Source of the DNA: the human T2T-CHM13v2.0 reference genome, Homo sapiens
Assembly: GCF_009914755.1 (NCBI RefSeq)
Contig: NC_060940.1
Strand: one strand, 5' to 3'
Length of the DNA: 64,000 bases
Positions 56,580 through 64,000 of the stretch are shown here, one piece after another. Each line of letters starts with the position of its first letter. Positions within the stretch are counted from its first letter, which is position 1. The notes beneath the pieces are model-generated. The model was not told where the DNA came from. It ran no database searches and worked only from the letters and a program-made list of their open reading frames with translations. Position numbers and translations under genes: made by a program.

Positions 56580-57780
56580 AGTCTGGTTTTTCCAGGAAGG
56601 CAGATCATGTACTTAATGAACTTGTAAACTTAAGTGAAGAGGATAGGAAACAAAATGTTACTAGTGTGTCTTAGTTTCTGTTGGCTACATTTAACAAGGT
56701 ACTACAAGAAAGAGAGAGCTCAAAGGAACTTGCTAGTTTGTAAGTGGGATTGAAAAATGTAACTATTTTTAATTTCCAACCAGCAAAAGATAAAATTGAG
56801 AAATGCCTTTAGTAATAAGGCTCATTTTTTTTAAAAGCCCCACACCCAAGACATGATCAAGATTAAGGCCATCATTCCTTCTGCTGTAATCTCTGAATTG
56901 ATTTGGCAGTACCCACTAAATGTTTTCAGTTGGACAAAGTGACTGAAACCCCCACTTTGGGGGAAAAACAAAACAAAACAAAACGATGATCAAACCATAA
57001 CATGGCTGTGTAAGCTTCTGCTGGCAAGTTGTACACCTCACTTATATCCACATTTCACTGGCAAAAGAAAGTCTTACCAAGCTTGATGTCAAAGAGACAG
57101 TCATCTCATATGGATAGGTTCTGAAAATAAAATGAAAATAAGTGATATGTATAGTACTTTCACAGGAAAGGGGAGCAAATAATTGAGAAGAGTAATAAAA
57201 TCTACCACACTTGGCTCTTTTAGTAATAAATATTTGTTCCCCCCTTTTATATGCAAAATACTTTCATCACTTCTCTAAAGAAGTCCCAAAGTCTTATTCA
57301 ATCACATTTCAAACTCAAAACACTGGATCTCACATGACTCCTCTTGATCCAGATTTATGAACTAAAGCCAAGTTACCTGTTCCCACATGCCCAACATGTA
57401 GTGGGAGAGGGACAGGGTAACTACCATAAATACTCCCGCTTAGAAGGAGAAAGAAGGAAAATCATTGAGCAGACACTGATTCACAGCCAACTCTAAATTC
57501 TTTGTGGGATGACATGGGAAGAGACCCCTAGAGATAGGAGGAACGTTATTTGGTTAGGTTCTGGTTCTGCTCTCTGGGGAAAGCTTCCTATATTGCTGCT
57601 GTCCATAGCTCAGGGAGGTAATTTCTTCTCATTATCCTCCTTGGCCATATCTAAGAAAGGCACTGAAAAAAATGCTTTCCACTAGGGTTTGGCCTGCTTT
57701 CCATAGAAGACTGGGGGTTCCAGGCCATCTTTGTCTCAAATAGTCACATTAAAAAAAAATTCTAGGTGCTGGCTCTTTGG
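56580..57780. mobile_element. Fragmented MaLR (MLT1) internal/LTR remnants
   Basis: AATGTTACTAGTGTGTCTTAGTTTCTGTTGGCT resembles the MLT1-int segment at ~36885; antisense remnants follow. Confidence 0.5.
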
Positions 57781-57945
57781 AGGAGGGTTGAAATCTTAAC
57801 AAGATGAAGTGTTCTAATCCACGACCATGGGATGTCTTTCCATTTATTTAGGTCTTCAATTTCTTTTTAAAAAATTTTTTTGGCATTAAATCTCTTACAA
57901 AAATGTCGTTTTGTATCTACTTGATCCTAGCCAACTCTATATGTC

Positions 57946-58846
57946 TTTTTTTTAAAAAAACTTTCATTTTAAATTTAGGGGTACATGTGCAGGTTTGTTG
58001 TATAGGTAAACTTGTGTTATGGGGGTTTGTTCTACAGATTATTTTGTCACCCAGGTATGAAGCCTACTACTCCTTAGTTATTTTTCCTGATCCTCTCCCT
58101 CCTCTCACCCTCCACCCTCTAATAGGCCCCAGTGTTTATTGTTCCCCTCTATGTGTCCATGTGTTCTCATCATTTAGATCCCACTTATAAGTGAGAACAT
58201 GTGGTATTTGGTTTTCTGTTCCTGTATTAGTTTCCTAAGGATAATGGCCTCTAGCTCCATCCATGCTCCTGCAAAGGACACAATCTCATTCTTTTTTATG
58301 GCTGCATAGTATTCTATGGTGTATATGTATCACATTTTGTTTATCCAGTCTATCATTGATGGACATTTAAGTTGATGCCATGTCTTTGCTATTGTGGATA
58401 GTGCTGCAATGAACATATGTGTGCATGTGTCTTTGTGATAGAATGATTTATATATATTCCTTTGGGTATATACCCAGTAATGGGATTGCAAAGTTGAATG
58501 GTGGTTCTGTTTTTAGGTCTTTGAGGAGTTGCCATACTGCTTTCCACAATGGTTGAACTAATTTACACTTCCACCAACAGGGTATAGTGTTCCTTTTTCT
58601 CCACAACCTTGCCAGCATCTGTTATTTTTTGACTTTTTAATAATAGGCATTCTGACTGGTGTGAAATGGTATCTCACTGTGGTTTTGATTTGCATTTCTC
58701 TAATGATCAGCAATGTTGACTTTTTATCATGTAATTGTTGGCTGCATGTATGCATGTATGCCTTCTTTTGAAAAGTGCCTGTTCACGTCCTTTGCCCACT
58801 TTTTAATGGGATTTTTTTCTTGTAAATTTGTTTAAGTTCCTTATAG
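57946..58846 (-). mobile_element. L1PA13-15-type LINE-1, 5'-truncated
   Basis: L1 3' UTR plus ORF2 C-terminus; 10-bp TSD TCTATATGTC at 57936-57945 and 58847-58856. Confidence 0.93.
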
Positions 58847-59094
58847 TCTATATGTCAGTAATCAATTGCTCACTTCTTTTTGAAACATGCTTCCCTTTAG
58901 ACTTAATTATATATCTTGAGCTTTCAGACTTCTGTGGAAGGACCTATTCACAGGCAATATCAGGAACCATAAAGTACCTGCTATGTTTTGAGCATATTTT
59001 CAGAAACACAGGCTTTATTGCATAGATAAAGATTGTCTCCAAAACATGGGACAACCAAGCCTATTTTCTAAAATAACAACCATTCACTCTAGTC

Positions 59095-59425
59095 TAGTGG
59101 TTTTCAACCAGAGGTGATCTTGCTCCCCATGGAGCAATGTCTAGAGACATTTTAATTGTCACAGCTTGGTGGGGTGGGCGTTACTGACATCTAGTGGGTA
59201 GGGGCCAGGGATGGTGCTAAACATCCTAAAATGCATAGGACAGCCCCTCCTCTGCCTCCCCTCAGCAAATAATTATCCTGTCAATTCTATGAAGAGGGTG
59301 CTGCATAATAAAATATACCCAAAAAAACAAAAAAACAGGAAAAGGGATTTTGCAAAAAGTAAGGAAAAAATCAAAACAAGAATTGTCTAGCCCCAAATGT
59401 TATTAGTGCTGAGATTGAGAAACTT
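59095..59425 (+). mobile_element. MER20 (hAT-Charlie), interrupted by a ~95-bp A-rich insertion
   Basis: GACATCTAGTGGGTAGGGGCCAGGGATGGTGCTAAACATCCTA...CCCCAAATGTTATTAGTGCTGAGATTGAGAAAC. Confidence 0.88.
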
Positions 59426-59920
59426 TTTTCCTAATAGTACCATTGAAACTGAAATCTCATTAAGACTCCTGATGGCTCTCTAAGCAAAAACAACGATAAC
59501 ATGTTTCCATGTTTACCCCACCAGCCACACATATATTCTTCAATTTTTTCTTCCTCAGAAGCAAAAAGTAGGATCAGGAAGACTATGAAAGGCCATTTGT
59601 TTTGAGACTTGAAGGAATCAGTTTGTTCTTTTGTAACCCTTCCATTGTCTGTTGATCACCACATATTTTGTTAAGGCTTTTTACATGATACATAATCTTT
59701 TGATCCATTCCTTTATCTACCCCAAAATTCTCTGCGATGCTAAATAAAACACATTCTCAATTTATATGCATTTTCTTTTTTACCGTTTAATTCCTAGTGT
59801 GGGCCTTTCTTTAAACCTTTTTTAGAAGGAAAAGTACAGCTACTGAGAGGTCCTATTTGGTTTACAATCATGTCTGGTTTATCATTACTATCATCTAGTG
59901 CCTCCAAGAATGTTCCTGTT

Positions 59921-60232
<312 letters not shown>

Positions 60233-61189
60233 TCATTAGGTGTTTGTGAAGAAAACCCATGAGGTTTAATATTAAAATAGGAGATATACTCGAGGGTTTA
60301 GGGGTTTCTTACCCAGAACCTCAGGTTCCTTAAGCACCAGGGAAATATTTTAATAAAAATGCACAGAACATTTCAGCTAGAGATTAGTCCAATAGGAGGG
60401 AGGACATATCAGGAGGTAAATACAAGTTATAGATGCAAAAATACCTAACAGGTCATATCAGGTAGACTGTGGCGCAGAGAACAAGGAGGCTGTACCTGCT
60501 AAAGACCTAGATTCTACAGGAATAAAAGGAAATGCTGGTTTCTTTCTAGTAACTTAACATGGTTACTAGTTTGCAGAGCTTAGTCAGAATCTCAACGACT
60601 ACATACTTGAATATGACCAAATTATTCTAATGTTTCAGATGAAAATATATAGACAGAAATAAAGCATTGTGATTTTTGCAAGCAGCGCTTGCTTTCTTGG
60701 CTAATTCCAAACGTCTCTACTAAAAGTAGGACAATTCTGCCTTCTAATAGAATTCCTGACTAGGCAGATCATTTTGTTAAGATAGATGTTCGTTAGCATT
60801 TTGGTTTCCTTAATTTCATACCATATTCTATTTTATTCCTTTGTATCATGGTTGAAAGTGCATATGATTCTTATCTCTTCCTTAGGTTTTTATTTTTTCA
60901 TTGTGACATCTGTGCTTGAATCATGGTGCAGCCAAGCTGTAGAGGCTTAATTCTTTTAATGGGAAGACAGCATGCTGTGGCAGAAAGCATGCCAGCCTGG
61001 CATCTGCTGTTCTCCGGCTGAGTGTCCTAGGACAAGTCACTTCTCTGTTATGTCAGTACAATTAGGGCTGTACCAAAAGATCTCTAAGGGGTCCTTTCCA
61101 TCTCAAATATTCTTCATATTTTGAATCTTTTTATACGTAAATATGACAGTAGTAACACAGTAACTCTGTTATCTTTCCTTATTTTGCAA

Positions 61190-61266
61190 TTGTGTGTTGG
61201 GTGGTGTGTGTGTGAGAGAGAGAGAGAGAGAGACAGGGAGAGCGTGCAAGAGAGAGAGAGAGAGAG
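61190..61266. repeat. (TG)n/(GA)n compound microsatellite
   Basis: Direct reading of the sequence. Confidence 0.9.
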
Positions 61267-62199
61267 TGGCAAAGGTGCAGGTGGAGGGGGTTAAGGGGAG
61301 GAGGGACTAGTTAACCTTGGTAGACAATATGAAGGTGTAATAATCTGTAAACATAACTTATGTTAAAGAAGATATGTAGGTATTTAAATACCTCTTGGAG
61401 GAATATGTAAGTACTCATCATGGTTACAAAATAGCACTCTCAGAAATGGCTCTCCTCCCTCCTCCAGGACAGATAAAGCACCTGCAGGCTCTCACCGACC
61501 ACTGAAACAGCCATGAAAACCCTCATGCTTTTATACAGCAGGACAAAGCTTTGAAGCTTTGGCTTTAAATCACTCCAGCATCTCCCAGCTGTAATGAGGA
61601 TAGCATTTCCCTAGTCAAAACATCCTGGTTCTATTTATAGGTGTTCACTTCTCTGAATAATAAACAAAAGTAGCAGGCTATTCTCATATTATGTCATTTT
61701 CCTTCAGCTACCCTACTATTTAATATAATGCCAATAATTAAAAAAATTTCAAAGCCATCATACCTAACAGTGGGTTCAGTTAATTACCTTAGAGAAGACA
61801 CTGACTGCCATATATTTGAACAGCCAAAGCCTTGCAAGAATATTTGATTGGCCTTTGTTTACCGAGGGTTTCCAGTATCTCCCTCTCTACTTCATGGGGG
61901 TGGGTTCAGTTCTTTAAATGATTCCAGAAATAACCAGTCTCCCTAGTTGAAGGAAGGCTGTTTTCATCTACTAAGTAACATCCCTTCGCTTGTGTTGCTT
62001 TAAATAAGGATGGCAGACAATTCAGCATCCATGGAGACAGCCACAGTTCACTTCTATTCTTTTTCAAATGTAAGTTTGTATTAGGTTATTTAATGGACCA
62101 CAATATATTCAGTAGGTACAGAATTCATACCCCCAAATGGCTGGTGTTTAATTGCATCCCTCCAGTCTGTTTTAACTAAGACATTTCCTCCTGTGCATA

Positions 62200-63850
62200 T
62201 AATCTTCATTATCATAGAAGTTATTTTTAATTTATAATTAACATAGTCTCCTTCTCATTATGTATGCCTTGATCGACTTGGACCCTCCGGACACATCTTG
62301 TCTGGCACGGTGCTGGTTGTGTCCTGCAGTTCTCTCAATGTGCAGTAGGTGTCTATCTTAGCCTTCCCTTCATCCTTCCTTCTCTTCTCCTCCCTGACAC
62401 CGTGATATAGTGCATAATTCCAAAATGGCAGCTTTTTGAAAATTCACCTTGATTATCAGACATTAAAAGTGACTCATCCCGCAGTGACTGTCTGGCAGAA
62501 GGGATGGGATCAGACAGCAAGACAATGAGGGGACTGGGCGCATTAGCGCACTAGATTACAGAGCCCATCAAAAATACCTTTGTTCTGTCAAAGATCCAAT
62601 CATTTACTAGTTGTGTTCTGCAGAGGAGAAAGAATGAGAGGGAAAAATACACCAAACAAATAAACAAAAAAATACATTTATGAATTTAAAACCTCCTTAG
62701 TTCTCTTTATTCTAAGAGTAAAGGAAAGTATCTAATTAACCTTCTCAGGAGAAGAAAAGATGGGGATTGTGCTTGTGAGACAAAAATCTATAGAACCTTT
62801 TCTTTTTCACTAGCTATCAAAATTTCTACATTAGCTTCTGTCCTTTGGGTCTTGGTAAGAGGGAAATTGTCAAGTTTTCAGGGTTTGGTCTTGATTACAC
62901 TGCACTCAGCCTGATTTATGGCAGAATATTTAGAAGACAAACTGTTTCCGAACTAGAACGTTCATTTTCATTAAAAGCAATGCTTTTGATTTCTATCTTG
63001 TCACAATATAATGCTAACCAAGAAATGCGTGATGGATGAAAGGGGAAAATATGTGTAAGGGCTATTATTGAGAAATACTTTATAAGCATCTAAACTGGCC
63101 CATATAAAAAGGCAGTAAGAATCTTTGAAAAGAGAGAGCACATGAATTCTTGCATCAAGCATGTGTGTGTTTGTGTGCAAAGGGGAGGAGGGAACTGGAA
63201 AAGAAGGGAGGAGAGCGACGAAGGCATTCATATTGAGCCCTGGGTGGGTATAACAGGGTGAGATGTGTTGTATCGTCAGCATGACTGCAAGCCTGGTGAG
63301 CTTGTGATTCTCCAAGGAGACAAAATATCCAAATGGGAGGTTGGTGCCTGACTTTTGTCTTTTTATCATTTTCATCATTTGCCTATGAACTCAGAGGAGC
63401 ATTTTATCAGTCATGGAAAATGCCCCCAAGGGGCCCAGATCAAAGGCAGGCTTTGAATTGTGTACTTAGGTGGATCTTCCTGCCAAAGACATTAATGCGA
63501 TTAAAACACAAATTCCATAAACAATTATTTTCCATCTGTTTAGCAATAATAATAGTGATGTTATGTGCTGTCAATGGTGTCCTTCCTTACAATGAGGCAC
63601 CAAGTGAATGCAAATACCCTTCTGCACGTGGATGCTGCAGCACTTTGGGATGATTTGGGAGGTTTCATCTGCCAGCAGGACAGGAGAGTGGCCACTGTCA
63701 CCATGCAGGGATCTCTGGAAAAGAATGGCTGTATTTTAACTGTCATTTGCAAATAGATTCATTAAAACAACTCATTGCATTCCACCAATTGTGCAGTGTA
63801 CTTGTATACTGGTGTAAATTGGAGATTTGTCATTTCTTGCCTCTGCCTCC
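62200..63850. promoter_or_regulatory. Long repeat-free block, candidate conserved enhancer cluster
   Basis: TGATTTATGG 62912-62921; ATGCAAAT 63608-63615; many TAAT, TGTCA and ACAAT motifs. Inference only. Confidence 0.4.
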
Positions 63851-64000
63851 ATGTTTATTTCTACTGTCAGGTACAGAAAATGTACCCCTCTTTTTGCCCC
63901 TCTTAATTATCCCCAGTATCAATAACTCTGTTCCTTTATTGATGGAGGAAGGGAGATTCAGCAGGACTGCCAGTCCAAGTGGCTCAGTCACAGTTACACA

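Overview
This is eukaryotic, primate (very probably human) non-coding genomic DNA, not prokaryotic sequence. It is CpG-depleted and rich in interspersed repeats: about 15 Alu/FLAM copies, many with clear target-site duplications (TSDs), plus L1PA/L1M/HAL1, L2, MIR, MaLR/ERVL/ERV1 LTRs, hAT DNA-transposon fossils and microsatellites. I find no credible protein-coding exon, RNA gene, CpG island or CRISPR array. The supplied ORFs are chance or repeat-derived; the clearest with real protein homology are LINE-1 ORF2p C-terminal remnants. Several repeat-free blocks (about 7.9-8.5, 18.4-19.3, 41.45-41.85 and 62.2-63.85 kb) carry clustered transcription-factor motifs and look like distal enhancers in a gene desert or long intron. 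I cannot assign the locus. I see no evidence of a novel gene-encoded system. The most unusual structure is at 32.4-33.7 kb: an inverted, ~95% identical copy of an MLT1 LTR 5' end inserted ~0.9 kb upstream of its source, flanked by a perfect 45-bp direct duplication, with copying ending exactly at a G-quadruplex motif in the template strand. Also notable are a candidate ancient L1 3' transduction (49.07-49.15 kb), a tiny poly(A)-tailed orphan insertion inside MER20 (59.3 kb) and several internally rearranged Alus. Repeat names come from recalled consensus sequences, not a RepeatMasker run, so subfamily calls and boundaries of old elements are approximate.
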